A stretch of DNA of 47,469 nucleotides from Candidatus Buchananbacteria bacterium (lineage in GTDB: Bacteria; Patescibacteriota; Patescibacteriia; Buchananbacterales; UBA6539). The notes under the pieces are model-generated. The model saw nothing but the letters and a program-made list of their open reading frames with translations, was not told the origin of the DNA and searched no databases. Each line of letters begins with the position of its first letter. Position 1 is the stretch's first letter. The stretch lies in the NCBI GenBank assembly GCA_013359225.1, contig JABWCG010000002.1, positions 1 to 47,469 on the forward strand. The letters run 5' to 3'. Below are positions 27,327-37,382 of this stretch, one piece after another. The translations under genes and the position numbers were made by a program.

Positions 27327-27519
27327 GGCAGGGGGTAGGCCCTGCCTTGAGTACGGCGGTTACTAACAGTTATCGTCCTGTTTTGCTCGCCGGTCAATAA
27401 AACGGTAATATTGCTGGAAGTGTCGTTTCCAAAGTTTATCGTCAGCATCGCACATAACCTCTACGCTTGATTTGCGATTTTCAGGCTTGGCTAGCTGCTG
27501 TAAACTTTGTACCCCCTGC
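27327..27519 (-). ncRNA. Putative 6S-like rod-shaped RNA (about 193 nt)
   Basis: Ends complementary (GCAGGGGGTA/TACCCCCTGC); internal helices CCTG/CAGG, TCGC/GCGA, TCAA/TTGA, TGCTG/CAGCA; minus-strand terminator GGCAGGG..CCCTGCC-TTTTG. Strand and identity uncertain. Confidence 0.55.
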
Positions 27520-27549
27520 ATATAATTAGACGCGCCAGATCAGGAAATA

Positions 27550-28689
27550 TTACACTAGTAAGTTTTCATATGACTTTATTAGCTTTTCAAAAGCGGCGGC
27601 CCAAGTTTTATCCTGTACCGATGTTATAGCCGCTTGACTCATTGCTAGCTTTTTATCGTGGTTAGTAATGAGATAATTAATAGCCTGGTTAAAATCTTTA
27701 ACATTAGGCTTGGCAATAAGTCCGGTTTTTTGGTGTTTGATCAGCTCTTGGGGCCCGCCTTGGGTGGTAACAATGGCGGGCAGGCCGCAGGCTTGTGCTT
27801 CAAGAATGACGTTGCCAAATGTATCGGTCATGGACGGAAAAATAAAAAAATCAGCGCTGGCATAGATTTCACTTAATTTTTTGCCGGTGAGATAACCAAA
27901 AAATTTTGCATTTGGCAGCTGTGATTTCAAGCCGGCGGTGTATGGTCCGTCGCCGGCTAACCACAGCTTAACGTCAGCTCGCCGCTTAAAAATTTCTACC
28001 AGCAAGTCCAAGTTTTTTTCGGTTGATAGTCTTCCGACATACAAAGCAATCGGCTGATGTTCTTTGAGTCGCGGATTTTTATATTTCGGGTTGAATATTT
28101 TAGTATCAACGCCGCGAGGAAAGATTTCAATTCGGGGATGAAACCCGGTTAATTTATTTTTTAGTATCAGGCTTGGCACCAGCAGTAAATCGGTTTTGGA
28201 GTAAAACCATTTTAGCAGCTGCCAGACCATGATTTGTGACAGATCGGCGACCGGATTTTTGATGGTTTGTGGTAATACCTTCAAGCTACTGCTAGTCCAG
28301 CTTTTGATATATTCATCAAGCATGGTGTGAAACACTCCTACCTTTGGCGCGTTGCTATTTGCTAATAGTATCGTGGCGGCTAACCCCAGCGAGCCGGGAG
28401 TGGCAAGGTGAAAAATATCGTATTGGTTGGGGTTAAAATTTTTTTTGAAGTGCGGTGAAATAATTCTAGTATCAAATGGCGGTAGGTCATAGTAATATTT
28501 GACCGGCCAGACTGCGGGTGATTCAATAATTCGAACCGATCCCTTGGTGGTGACGCGCGCCTTTTCACCAATGGTAAAAACGTCCAGCGTAATTTTTTTG
28601 GCTTGGCACCAGCGGGCAAAATGCTGGTAGGTTTTACTGACGCCGTTAACGCTGTAAAAACAGTCAGTAATTAAAGCGATTTTGATCAT
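27550..28689 (-). CDS. GT4 glycosyltransferase (glycolipid synthase-like)
   Basis: ITD...NGVS, HLATPG, RGVD, YVGRLS.EKN, GDGP, DTFGNVILEAQACGLP. Confidence 0.9.
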   Translation of the reverse strand: MIKIALITDCFYSVNGVSKTYQHFARWCQAKKITLDVFTIGEKARVTTKGSVRIIESPAVWPVKYYYDLPPFDTRIISPHFKKNFNPNQYDIFHLATPGSLGLAATILLANSNAPKVGVFHTMLDEYIKSWTSSSLKVLPQTIKNPVADLSQIMVWQLLKWFYSKTDLLLVPSLILKNKLTGFHPRIEIFPRGVDTKIFNPKYKNPRLKEHQPIALYVGRLSTEKNLDLLVEIFKRRADVKLWLAGDGPYTAGLKSQLPNAKFFGYLTGKKLSEIYASADFFIFPSMTDTFGNVILEAQACGLPAIVTTQGGPQELIKHQKTGLIAKPNVKDFNQAINYLITNHDKKLAMSQAAITSVQDKTWAAAFEKLIKSYENLLV

Positions 28690-28708
28690 ACTGTAAAGTG
28701 TGACATGT

Positions 28709-30127
28709 TTAGAAATATCGGATTCGTTCCCGACGATATAAACCGAGTTTTTTGCGCAGGACGTTTGCTTGCCGCAGCGGATAGGTAGTGGCGTGGAATG
28801 TTTCATGGAGCGGAGCAATTTCTTTTAAGTAACTGAGCGGATTTTTTTGGGCGGCATGCTCGTATGAACGGACTTCTTTGATTTTTGGCAGCACTGCTAC
28901 CATGACTATTAATCTAACCAGCCCAGATAACAAAAACAGCATAATAAAAACACCGCTGCCTCCAAAATTCAAGAACTGGGTGATGACGCCGCCAAGAACC
29001 GCGCCGGCAAAAATTCCAATACCGCTTAGCAGGTTATAGTAGGCAACCATTAGGGCGCGGCGGGTTGGTTCAACCGAATCATAGATGAAGTTTGATGATG
29101 ACAGATTAAACGCCGACCATCCCAGTCCGGCGACAAGCTGGGTGACAAAAATTAAAAATAAGGGGTTGGCGCTGACAGACCATAATAGCGGCACCAACAA
29201 TAAAATTAAACTGCCGACTTTTACGGTTTCGCGGTTGCCGTATTTTTCAGAAAATCGTCCCCAGACAGGAAAGAATAGCAACATAAAAATGCTTACTGAA
29301 ACGTTAACAGCAGCAAACCATAGCGGATTAAGCTTTAGAATTTTCCACATGTAGACCGCGTAAAATGGCCCGGCAATATTGGTGCCAAACATAATCAGCG
29401 CGACGTAGAGCGAGAACCGATTAAAATTAAAATAACGAATTTTTCTTAAGAATTGCCAGAAAGAAAAGTAGTAGTTTTTTTCTAATGTTAGATCTTCAAT
29501 ATAATGGCGGCGAAACATTAACGCTGAAATAAACCGGCTCAAGCCGGCAACGCCAAAGATGATGATAAATCCGTAGATGATTTCAAATTGTTGGAGATAG
29601 TAAAGCAAGAGTGCCCCGAGAATGGTGGCGCTAACCGAGAAGATGCCGGCAACCTTGTTGCGAAACGAGAAATAGCGGCCGCGGATATTTTCCGGTACGG
29701 CGTCACCCATAAGCGAAAACCACGCCGGACCGGCGAGCGAGCCGGTTAAGTTATATAAAACGTATGCCCCAATGAACAGGGGAACAAGATAGAGATTTTT
29801 GCCGCTGGCTAAAAATATCCAACCAATTGATGCTAAGAGAAAACAGGCTAATACTTGAGCCCCCACGCCCCAGAGGACAATTTTTTTCCGGTGCCATTTT
29901 TCAAGCAAGCGGCTGCCGATTAATTGGGCAAGCGGCCCGAGGAGGTTGGCAAAGCTTGCCAGTAATCCCGCCTCAAGGTTGGTGGCTTTAAGCTCTAGGG
30001 CGTAGGGCGTAATGTTATTTTCTACGCAGCCGACCATTACTGATGCCGCCGCGCCTTCTTTAACAGACAGTTTTCTGGTTTGGGCGAACAGTTTGGATTT
30101 AGATTTTTTTGAAGCTACGTCTGCCAT
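28709..30127 (-). CDS. MFS transporter
   Basis: About 12 hydrophobic segments; W.SLMGDAVP..RGRYF and WGRFSEKYGNR loop motifs. Confidence 0.88.
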   Translation of the reverse strand: MADVASKKSKSKLFAQTRKLSVKEGAAASVMVGCVENNITPYALELKATNLEAGLLASFANLLGPLAQLIGSRLLEKWHRKKIVLWGVGAQVLACFLLASIGWIFLASGKNLYLVPLFIGAYVLYNLTGSLAGPAWFSLMGDAVPENIRGRYFSFRNKVAGIFSVSATILGALLLYYLQQFEIIYGFIIIFGVAGLSRFISALMFRRHYIEDLTLEKNYYFSFWQFLRKIRYFNFNRFSLYVALIMFGTNIAGPFYAVYMWKILKLNPLWFAAVNVSVSIFMLLFFPVWGRFSEKYGNRETVKVGSLILLLVPLLWSVSANPLFLIFVTQLVAGLGWSAFNLSSSNFIYDSVEPTRRALMVAYYNLLSGIGIFAGAVLGGVITQFLNFGGSGVFIMLFLLSGLVRLIVMVAVLPKIKEVRSYEHAAQKNPLSYLKEIAPLHETFHATTYPLRQANVLRKKLGLYRRERIRYF

Positions 30128-30327
30128 AAATCGTCATTTTAAGGACAAAAGGCTATTCTAGTATAAAAATTTTAACACGTCTATTGATATATATGAATAT
30201 GGCTGTAAGAATTTTTGGTTAATTCCGTCTCTTATTATAGAACCTTCGTTTAAAGGGCCAAGAATGGTATGATAATAGGGTAATTAGCAATTGACTATCA
30301 TTAATTAACTAATTAATAATCAATACT

Positions 30328-31614
30328 ATGATTAAAAAAATTTTTTTGTCATTAGCGACAATAGCCATGGTACTATCCATGACTATTAGTCCGGTTTTGG
30401 CGGCCGAAACCGCTGATCCAAATCTTGGGGCAGTAGTTAAAATCGCCGATAGCGATACCTTGTATTACATCGCGGCCGACGGCAAACGGTATGTGTATCC
30501 CAATGAAAAAATTTATAAAAGTTGGTTTTTTGATTTTTCAGAAGTTAAAACCATTAGTGCCGAGGATCTGGCAAAATATCCGCTGAATGGTAACATTCGC
30601 TATCGCCCCGGTGTGATTTTAATTAAGGTGCAGACCGACCCTAAGGTGTATGCCGTTGGGCAAGGAGGCATATTGCGCTGGATTAAAAATGAATTGTTGG
30701 CCAAGAAGTTGTACGGTGATAACTGGGCATCATTGATTGACGATCTGCCGGCATCATTTTTTGCTAATTACCAGGTTGGTGAAGATATTGATGATGATGC
30801 CGATTATGATGCTGATGACGAGGCTGAAAACACTGATACGGTTGAAAAAGATCGTGGCTTGCATTTAGGGCAGTTTATTGTGGGGAAAAAATCAAACACC
30901 ATTCGCTGTCGAGTTATTAGCCGTGTTCGATCATTGATGTCAGATCATTCAAAGCGTTTTGATAATTTGTTTGAACGAATCTGTAAGCCAGATGATGATG
31001 ACGACGATGATGATCAGGCCGACAAGACAGCGCCGGTAATCAGTGATGTATCGGTAACAGCATCAACTACTTCAGCTGTTATTAGCTGGAAGACTGATGA
31101 ATTAGCAACCAGCAAAGTTACTTATGCCACTGAGCCGAAGGGTTCGGCCGATGATACCGACAGCGTGGTTAAAAAGAATTTAGTTACTAATCACGCCATT
31201 AAATTAACCGGACTGACCGCCAGCACCACTTACTACTTTATTGTTGAATCAAACGATGCTAATGGCAATAAGGCTACGACAACTGAAAAAATGTTTACGA
31301 CCTCAGCCGTTCCTCCGGCTGACGTAACGGCGCCAGTCATTAGCAATATTTCAGTTTCCGCTTCGACCACTTTTGCTCTGGTGAGTTGGACCACTAATGA
31401 AGCGGCATCAAGCCAGATTGAATATGCGGTTGAATCACTAAGTACAGCTAGTACGACAATTAAAGTTGAAAATAGCAGTCTTGTTACCAACCATTCGTTG
31501 AATGTGTCAAGTTTGACTGCCAGTACAACGTACTACTTTATTATTGAGTCAAAAGACGCTAGTAACAATAAAGCAACTTCAACTCAGCAGGTATTTACGA
31601 CTCTAGGACAGTAG
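30328..31614 (+). CDS. Secreted/surface protein with DGKRY-type N-terminal domain, poly-Asp linker and two FN3-like domains
   Basis: Signal peptide (PVLA/AE), YYIAADGKRYVYPNE, two DxTAPVIS...ISW.T.E...LTASTTYYFI repeats. Confidence 0.8.
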   Translation: MIKKIFLSLATIAMVLSMTISPVLAAETADPNLGAVVKIADSDTLYYIAADGKRYVYPNEKIYKSWFFDFSEVKTISAEDLAKYPLNGNIRYRPGVILIKVQTDPKVYAVGQGGILRWIKNELLAKKLYGDNWASLIDDLPASFFANYQVGEDIDDDADYDADDEAENTDTVEKDRGLHLGQFIVGKKSNTIRCRVISRVRSLMSDHSKRFDNLFERICKPDDDDDDDDQADKTAPVISDVSVTASTTSAVISWKTDELATSKVTYATEPKGSADDTDSVVKKNLVTNHAIKLTGLTASTTYYFIVESNDANGNKATTTEKMFTTSAVPPADVTAPVISNISVSASTTFALVSWTTNEAASSQIEYAVESLSTASTTIKVENSSLVTNHSLNVSSLTASTTYYFIIESKDASNNKATSTQQVFTTLGQ

Positions 31615-31810
31615 GTACCCGGGTAACTACCATTTAGTAAAATTAGCCCCCAAGGCGGGGCTAATTTTATTTTGAACTGAAAGGTTTTTTGATTAAAGGC
31701 GTACTACCAATGTGTGGAGGGTGATATATCTTAAAAGCTAATTAATAAAAAAATCAGCTGTAGTATATAGTAACCCCCGTTAGTCACTACAGCCTAGCGG
31801 GGGTTACTAT

Positions 31811-33571
31811 ATGAGGAAATATATGGGAAAATTTATAAAATTTATCGGACGGCACAAGGGTATGTTTACTGTTGGAGTAGCTGTTTTAGGTGTTGGCAGT
31901 TATTTTGGATACCAATATTTTTTGAATCAGACAGCCACGTCTGAAGTGACGTATGTGACGTCTGAAGTGACAAGGGGTAACATTGTTTCGGCTGTTTCGG
32001 GTACTGGTTTAGTATCAGTTTCCAATCAGGTTGAGTTAAAGCCTGATGCTTCAGGTAAGATTGTTTATTTAAACATTAAAGCCGGACAAGAAGTCAAAAA
32101 AGGTGATTTGTTGGCTCAGCTTGATGCGACTGATGCCGTCCAGAGCGTTCGCGATGCTAAAGATAATCTTGAGAGTGCTAAATTAGCGTTAGAAAAGTTG
32201 ACGGCGCCGATTGATGAATTAGATATTGTCAAAGCTAAAAATAGTCTGGCAAAAGCCGAAGAGGCACTGCCGAATGCCCAGGATGATTTAGCGAAAGCAT
32301 ATGAAGATGGCTATAACGACGTGGCGAATGTTTTTTTGGATTTGCCAAATATTATGTCGGGCCTGGAAAACATCTTGTTTGGGTATGAGTTTAAAGATGG
32401 ACAGTGGAATATTGATTATTATAAAACGGTTGGTAAGCTGTATGACGAGGGTATTGAGGCATATGCCGATGCCGCACGTCTTAGCTATGATGCCGCCCGC
32501 GAAAGCTATGAAAAAAATTTTGATGACTATAAAGCCGCTAGTCGGCTTTCTGATCAGGAAACCGTTGCCGGTCTAATTGATGAAACATATGCTACGCTAA
32601 AAAGCGCTTCCGAAGCTATAAAGAAAACTAAAAACTTTTTAGATTTTTATGAAGACACTTTAACTAAGAAGAATGTTGAGGTATCTTCTAAGACGCAGGC
32701 CCACCAAACCAGTCTGGAAAATTATACAGGCACAACCAATGGACACTTGTCACAGATGTCGTCTGACCAAAATAGTATTGACGCGGCCCAGGAGGATATT
32801 ATTAATGCCCAGCGCACTATTCAGGAACAGCAGGGTGCTTTAGATGATTTGTTGGCGGGTGTTGATCCGCTTGACGTTCGGTCTCAGGAATTGACAATTA
32901 AACAGCGTGAAAGTTCATTGCAATCTGCTCAACAAAAATTGGCTGATTATTACGTCCGTGCGCCGTTTGACGGCGTCATTGCTGAAGCAACCGCCCAGCT
33001 TGGCGAATCGGCTTCTTCCGGAACTTCCATTGCGACTCTAATAACCAAACAAAAAATTGCCGAGGTGACGCTCAATGAAATTGACGCCGCTAAAGTGAAA
33101 GTCGGCCAGCGGGCAACACTAACGTTTGATGCGGTGTCTGACTTGTCAATTACTGGTGAAGTAGTGGAAATTGACACGTTGGGAGAAGTATCGCAGGGCG
33201 TAGTGAGTTATGGTATTAAAATTGGTTTTGATGTACAAGATGATCGGGTTAAGCCGGGAATGAGCGCTAGCGTGAGTATTATTATTGAATCACGACAAAA
33301 TGTTTTGACCGTTCCCAGCGGTGCGGTAAAGAATTCGACAGGTAGCAGCTACGTGGAAGTGCTAGTTGACGGCGTACCGCAACAAAAAACCATTATTCTT
33401 GGTATTAGTGACGATACCGCCGTTGAAGTTACCGATGGGCTGGTTGAAGGTGATCGGGTTATTACGTCGCAAAAAACCGGCTCTAGTAGCCAGTCTTCAC
33501 AATCAAACAGCACTAATTCGGGCCCTGGCGGCAACGATGCAATGCGAGGCATGATGCAGTTGACTCGGTAA
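31811..33571 (+). CDS. MacA/YknX-like periplasmic adaptor with long coiled coil
   Basis: N-terminal TM, SGKI..G.EVKKGDLLA lipoyl half, APFDG, VKVGQ, KPGMSA. Confidence 0.88.
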   Translation: MRKYMGKFIKFIGRHKGMFTVGVAVLGVGSYFGYQYFLNQTATSEVTYVTSEVTRGNIVSAVSGTGLVSVSNQVELKPDASGKIVYLNIKAGQEVKKGDLLAQLDATDAVQSVRDAKDNLESAKLALEKLTAPIDELDIVKAKNSLAKAEEALPNAQDDLAKAYEDGYNDVANVFLDLPNIMSGLENILFGYEFKDGQWNIDYYKTVGKLYDEGIEAYADAARLSYDAARESYEKNFDDYKAASRLSDQETVAGLIDETYATLKSASEAIKKTKNFLDFYEDTLTKKNVEVSSKTQAHQTSLENYTGTTNGHLSQMSSDQNSIDAAQEDIINAQRTIQEQQGALDDLLAGVDPLDVRSQELTIKQRESSLQSAQQKLADYYVRAPFDGVIAEATAQLGESASSGTSIATLITKQKIAEVTLNEIDAAKVKVGQRATLTFDAVSDLSITGEVVEIDTLGEVSQGVVSYGIKIGFDVQDDRVKPGMSASVSIIIESRQNVLTVPSGAVKNSTGSSYVEVLVDGVPQQKTIILGISDDTAVEVTDGLVEGDRVITSQKTGSSSQSSQSNSTNSGPGGNDAMRGMMQLTR

Positions 33572-33574
33572 AAT

Positions 33575-34279
33575 ATGATTACGTGTGATCGGATTGATAA
33601 AATTTACACGACTGGTGAAAACGAATTCAAAGTTTTGAACGATATTTCATTTGAAATAAAAAAGGGAGAATTTGTGGCGATTGTTGGACCGTCCGGATCC
33701 GGAAAGTCAACACTCATGCATATTTTAGGGGCGTTGGACCGTCCAACGTCTGGCAAATATTTTTTGAATGGCAAAGATGTGTTTGAACTCTCCAATGATG
33801 AGCTGGCAGAAATTAGGTCTCAGCATATTGGTTTTGTGTTTCAATCATTTAATTTGTTGTCTCGCTCAACAGTTTTAAGAAATGTAATATTGCCGTTGAT
33901 TTATGATACTAAAATTTCCAAGTCTGACCGGCTGGCCAAAGCAAAAAACGCATTATTGGCGGCTGGATTAGAAGAAGGTCGATGGCACCATTTATCTAAC
34001 CAGCTTTCCGGCGGCCAGATGCAGCGTGTTGCCATTGCGCGAGCGTTGGTTAATGAGCCTGATTTGATTTTAGCTGATGAACCGACTGGCAACCTCGATT
34101 CAAAAACCGGCGATATCGTGTTGGAAACTTTTCAGAAATTGAATCGTGAAAAAGGCCATACGATTGTGTTGATTACTCATGAGAAATATGTTGCCGAACA
34201 TGCCGATCGGGTGATTGAAATTAAAGATGGACAAATCTCGGTTGATCGCCAGAGTCATAATTTTTTAAAAGATAAATAG
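33575..34279 (+). CDS. MacB/LolD-family ABC ATPase
   Basis: [37 protein letters not shown]. Confidence 0.95.
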   Translation: MITCDRIDKIYTTGENEFKVLNDISFEIKKGEFVAIVGPSGSGKSTLMHILGALDRPTSGKYFLNGKDVFELSNDELAEIRSQHIGFVFQSFNLLSRSTVLRNVILPLIYDTKISKSDRLAKAKNALLAAGLEEGRWHHLSNQLSGGQMQRVAIARALVNEPDLILADEPTGNLDSKTGDIVLETFQKLNREKGHTIVLITHEKYVAEHADRVIEIKDGQISVDRQSHNFLKDK

Positions 34280-34280
34280 T

Positions 34281-35507
34281 ATGTTGTTGTCTGATCTGTT
34301 TCAAGAAACTTATTTTTCTTTGAATGCTAACAAATCAAGAAGCGTTTTGACGATTTTGGGCATTGTTATTGGCATTGGTTCGGTAATAACTATGATCAGC
34401 GTTGGGCAGGGGGCAACTTCCAGTATTCAGACTAACATCCAATCGTTGGGAACTAATTTACTAGTGGTGACACCCGGTTCGCAGCAAGGTCCTGGTATGG
34501 TGGTGCGCGGTGGTTTTGGCACCGCCACAACCTTGACGCTTGAAGACTCGGAAGCGATTGAAAGTGGCATTAGTGACATTGAAACGGTTGCACCAGCTAC
34601 CAGTAGTCGTAAACAGATTACGACGACTAAAGGAACTAATACCAACACCAGCGTGTATGGTGTCACTGGTGCATATCAATCAGTTAAAAATGTTGAAATT
34701 GAGTTAGGGTCGTTTATTAGCGATCAGCACGTGGCCAACATCTCTAAAGTAGTAGTATTAGGGCCGACGACTCGCGATGATTTGTTTGGCGATAATGTGG
34801 ACGCAGTCGGACAAAAAATTCGGATTGAGGGGTTGGAGTTTACCGTTATTGGTATTACGGTGTCCAAGGGTGGCACCGGTTTTGGCAGTGCTGACGATTT
34901 GATGTATATTCCGATTTCTACAGCCCAAAAATATGTTACCGGCAGTGATGGTGTTTCTAGCATCAATGTCCAGGTTACAAGAGAAGATTTAATGACTCAG
35001 GTTCAGGCTGAAATTACGAATTTGTTATTAGTGCGGCATAAAATTTCTGATGCGACCCAAGCTGATTTCTCCATCGTTAATCAGGCAGATGTTTTAGGGG
35101 CTTTGAGTTCAGTTACCGGAACATTAACGTTGTTACTTGGGGCAATCGCCGGCATCTCTTTATTGGTGGGCGGTATTGGCATTATGAATATGATGTTAAC
35201 AACAGTTACAGAACGCACGCGTGAGATTGGTTTACGAAAATCACTTGGCGCTAAAAATCGAGATATCAGCTGGCAATTTTTGGCCGAGTCGGTGGCGCTG
35301 ACTTTTATAGGTGGTGTTATCGGCGTTGCTTTAGGTTGGTTGGCGGCATATGCCGTTGAACAATTCAGCGGCACCGCTACAGTGGTAACGCTGTCTTCGG
35401 TTGTTTTGGCGTTTGGTGTTTCAGCCGCAATCGGCATTGTCTTTGGATATTATCCGGCCCGTCGGGCGGCAAAGTTAAACCCCATCGATGCTTTGCGATA
35501 TGAATAA
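34281..35507 (+). CDS. MacB/FtsX-family ABC permease
   Basis: RS.LT.LGIVIG, ISLLVGGIGIMNMM..VTERTREIG.RK.LGA, PARRAA.LNPIDALRYE. Confidence 0.95.
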   Translation: MLLSDLFQETYFSLNANKSRSVLTILGIVIGIGSVITMISVGQGATSSIQTNIQSLGTNLLVVTPGSQQGPGMVVRGGFGTATTLTLEDSEAIESGISDIETVAPATSSRKQITTTKGTNTNTSVYGVTGAYQSVKNVEIELGSFISDQHVANISKVVVLGPTTRDDLFGDNVDAVGQKIRIEGLEFTVIGITVSKGGTGFGSADDLMYIPISTAQKYVTGSDGVSSINVQVTREDLMTQVQAEITNLLLVRHKISDATQADFSIVNQADVLGALSSVTGTLTLLLGAIAGISLLVGGIGIMNMMLTTVTERTREIGLRKSLGAKNRDISWQFLAESVALTFIGGVIGVALGWLAAYAVEQFSGTATVVTLSSVVLAFGVSAAIGIVFGYYPARRAAKLNPIDALRYE

Positions 35508-35537
35508 ATATTTTAACTAGTTTAATCAAAATAATTT

Positions 35538-36170
35538 ATGAGATCATTATATGTGATTATGGTCCTTTCAGTGGTGTTGGCTGGGTGTGTTGCTAATCAG
35601 AATAAAAGCGACATTGCTCGCACGTTAACTAATCAAGATCAGGCCGAGGTTAACGCCGACGGACAGTCACCAAAGCTTAATGATAATTTTTTAGTTGCCA
35701 GCACGACTGATTTGCTTTTGGGAACAAAAGTTATGGTCATGGGTTCTGATGACGCAACGGGGGCTATTGCAGCTGGTCGAATTATTATTGGTAACGCCGA
35801 TACTAATTTTGATGAATTTATTTCCGGTACTATGATGGCCGGTCCGCGGCCGGAAGGTCAACTAAAAGATCAAGATAATAATCAGGATGCTAACGTTACA
35901 CCGCCAGTCGATGATGCTACACCAAGAATGGGTCTGCCGGAGGGTTTTAAAAATATGACGGATGAACAGCGCGCCCAGATGCGCGCTCGATTTGAGCAGT
36001 CTGGTGGCACCGCTTCGGGCCAGGCCCGCCGGGCTGGGGGTATGGCCGTTACGCGGGCGGTGGGGCAGATTATGAAGGTTGATGAAACCAGTTTAACAAT
36101 TAAACTTGATGATGGTGGTTCGAAATTGATATTTATTTCTGGGACAACCACTATATTAAAAATAAAATAA
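35538..36170 (+). CDS. Putative lipoprotein co-transcribed with the ABC exporter
   Basis: LAGC lipobox; C-terminal G.I..VD...LTIKL.DGGSKLI beta domain. Confidence 0.7.
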   Translation: MRSLYVIMVLSVVLAGCVANQNKSDIARTLTNQDQAEVNADGQSPKLNDNFLVASTTDLLLGTKVMVMGSDDATGAIAAGRIIIGNADTNFDEFISGTMMAGPRPEGQLKDQDNNQDANVTPPVDDATPRMGLPEGFKNMTDEQRAQMRARFEQSGGTASGQARRAGGMAVTRAVGQIMKVDETSLTIKLDDGGSKLIFISGTTTILKIK

Positions 36171-36219
36171 TTATAAAAAATAAAACTAGCACCAATAAAA
36201 AGGGGCTAGTTTTATTTTT

Positions 36220-36579
36220 TTAATTTGCGCCGGTTGCTGATATGAGTTGATTGATAACGAAGCTGGCGAGAGCGTAGGCGCTAAAGACAATAATCATGCC
36301 AATGACGCCGGCGGCAATCGCCGCGCGGCCGTTACTGTTTTTCTTTTGATCGCCACCTGACAACATAATTAAAAATCCGCCAAAGACAATGCCGGCAATC
36401 GCCAGGACTCCCAAAAAACCAAACAGGACTCGGACAATGCTCATGATGCTTTCGCGCAGGTCTTTGGTGCCAAGTCCGGTCTGGGCGCCATACTGCAGAC
36501 CGGTGTCTAGCGCTAGGGCAGGGGAGCTAATCAAGCTGATTAATAAAACAAATAGTAAACTTGGTAGTATAATTCTCAT
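36220..36579 (-). CDS. TrbC/VirB2-like pilin
   Basis: Signal peptide (ALA), two TM helices, GGF.IM.SGGD...GR..I..GVIG..I pattern. Confidence 0.75.
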   Translation of the reverse strand: MRIILPSLLFVLLISLISSPALALDTGLQYGAQTGLGTKDLRESIMSIVRVLFGFLGVLAIAGIVFGGFLIMLSGGDQKKNSNGRAAIAAGVIGMIIVFSAYALASFVINQLISATGAN

Positions 36580-36580
36580 A

Positions 36581-36754
36581 TTATTTAGTGACAGCCTCTT
36601 CTCGTTTAGCCTTTAATTTTTTTATCCGATTGTCTGATAGGGATGCCCAGGCCAAGACGCCAATGGCTGTTGAAAGTGCTTGTTTTTCTGCAGGGCTAAG
36701 CGCGGGGTTTTCTAAGAGATCGACAAGAATTGTTGCTGCTTTTTTATACTCCAT
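36581..36754 (-). CDS. Small hypothetical protein (57 aa)
   Basis: MEYKKAATILVDLL...; fits tightly between co-oriented neighbours. Confidence 0.6.
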   Translation of the reverse strand: MEYKKAATILVDLLENPALSPAEKQALSTAIGVLAWASLSDNRIKKLKAKREEAVTK

Positions 36755-36756
36755 AG

Positions 36757-37233
36757 TTATAGTGCTTCTGCATTTCCGGCGTTTGGGTTTGGATCGTTTG
36801 GGTCTGGACATTCGCCGTCGAAGTTAGATTGAGCATTACAAAGTGTTCCGTCAATTCTTTTGCACATGGGAGTTTGTGTCCCAACGCCCTTAACCTGTCC
36901 GCCGGTAATAGCACAAAAAATTTCGGCCTCATTTTCGTAGCCAGTAATTTTAACGCCGCCGACCGGGCAGTTGCCTCGTAGCAGTGCCCACTCCTCACAT
37001 TGTCGATTATCATCAAAAAGACAAACACCATATTCGCCATTTTTGTTTTTTTTAATTTCCAGCCGTCCGCCTTTTTGTAGGCAGTTAGTTGAAGCGGGGT
37101 TGGCTTGGTTTACTACCAGCGGAGGCTGTTCGTTGGTGGTAAACGCCTCCGTCTTGGTGGGGGTAGAGGGGCTCTGACAGCCGGCTAGTATTAATGTTAA
37201 ACTCACCCCAAAAATTAGAAACATTTTTTTCAT
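36757..37233 (-). CDS. DUF333-like cysteine-rich lipoprotein
   Basis: LAGC lipobox; ANPAS.NC..KGG...GVC.F....CEEWAL.RG.C. Confidence 0.8.
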   Translation of the reverse strand: MKKMFLIFGVSLTLILAGCQSPSTPTKTEAFTTNEQPPLVVNQANPASTNCLQKGGRLEIKKNKNGEYGVCLFDDNRQCEEWALLRGNCPVGGVKITGYENEAEIFCAITGGQVKGVGTQTPMCKRIDGTLCNAQSNFDGECPDPNDPNPNAGNAEAL

Positions 37234-37311
37234 ATTGGCAATAATCCTTATGAAAATTGTGATTAAAGTTATCAATTAAATTAATTGTATCACTTTTAGG
37301 TATTGTGTGAA

Positions 37312-37349
37312 ACAAAAAACCAGCGTATCAACGCTAGTTTTTGAGGGGG
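37312..37349. repeat. Terminator-like hairpin, copy 1 of a direct repeat flanking terC
   Basis: ACAAAAAACCAGCG-TATC-AACGCTAGTTTTTGAGGGG; compare 38481-38519. Confidence 0.65.
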
Positions 37350-37382
37350 GGGTATTGATCCGAAGAGTAAGTCGTCCATTAT

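Noticed and set aside
27143..27448. Minus-strand 101-aa ORF or tmRNA tag reading frame
   Set aside because: It overlaps the structured RNA and a terminator, and there is no tRNA-like T-arm/CCA end for tmRNA.
30991..31014. GAT/GAC microsatellite
   Set aside because: In-frame poly-Asp linker; no sign of phase variation.
31936..31971. ACGTCTGAAGTGAC direct repeat
   Set aside because: Short in-frame duplication (TSEVT x2) within the adaptor gene.
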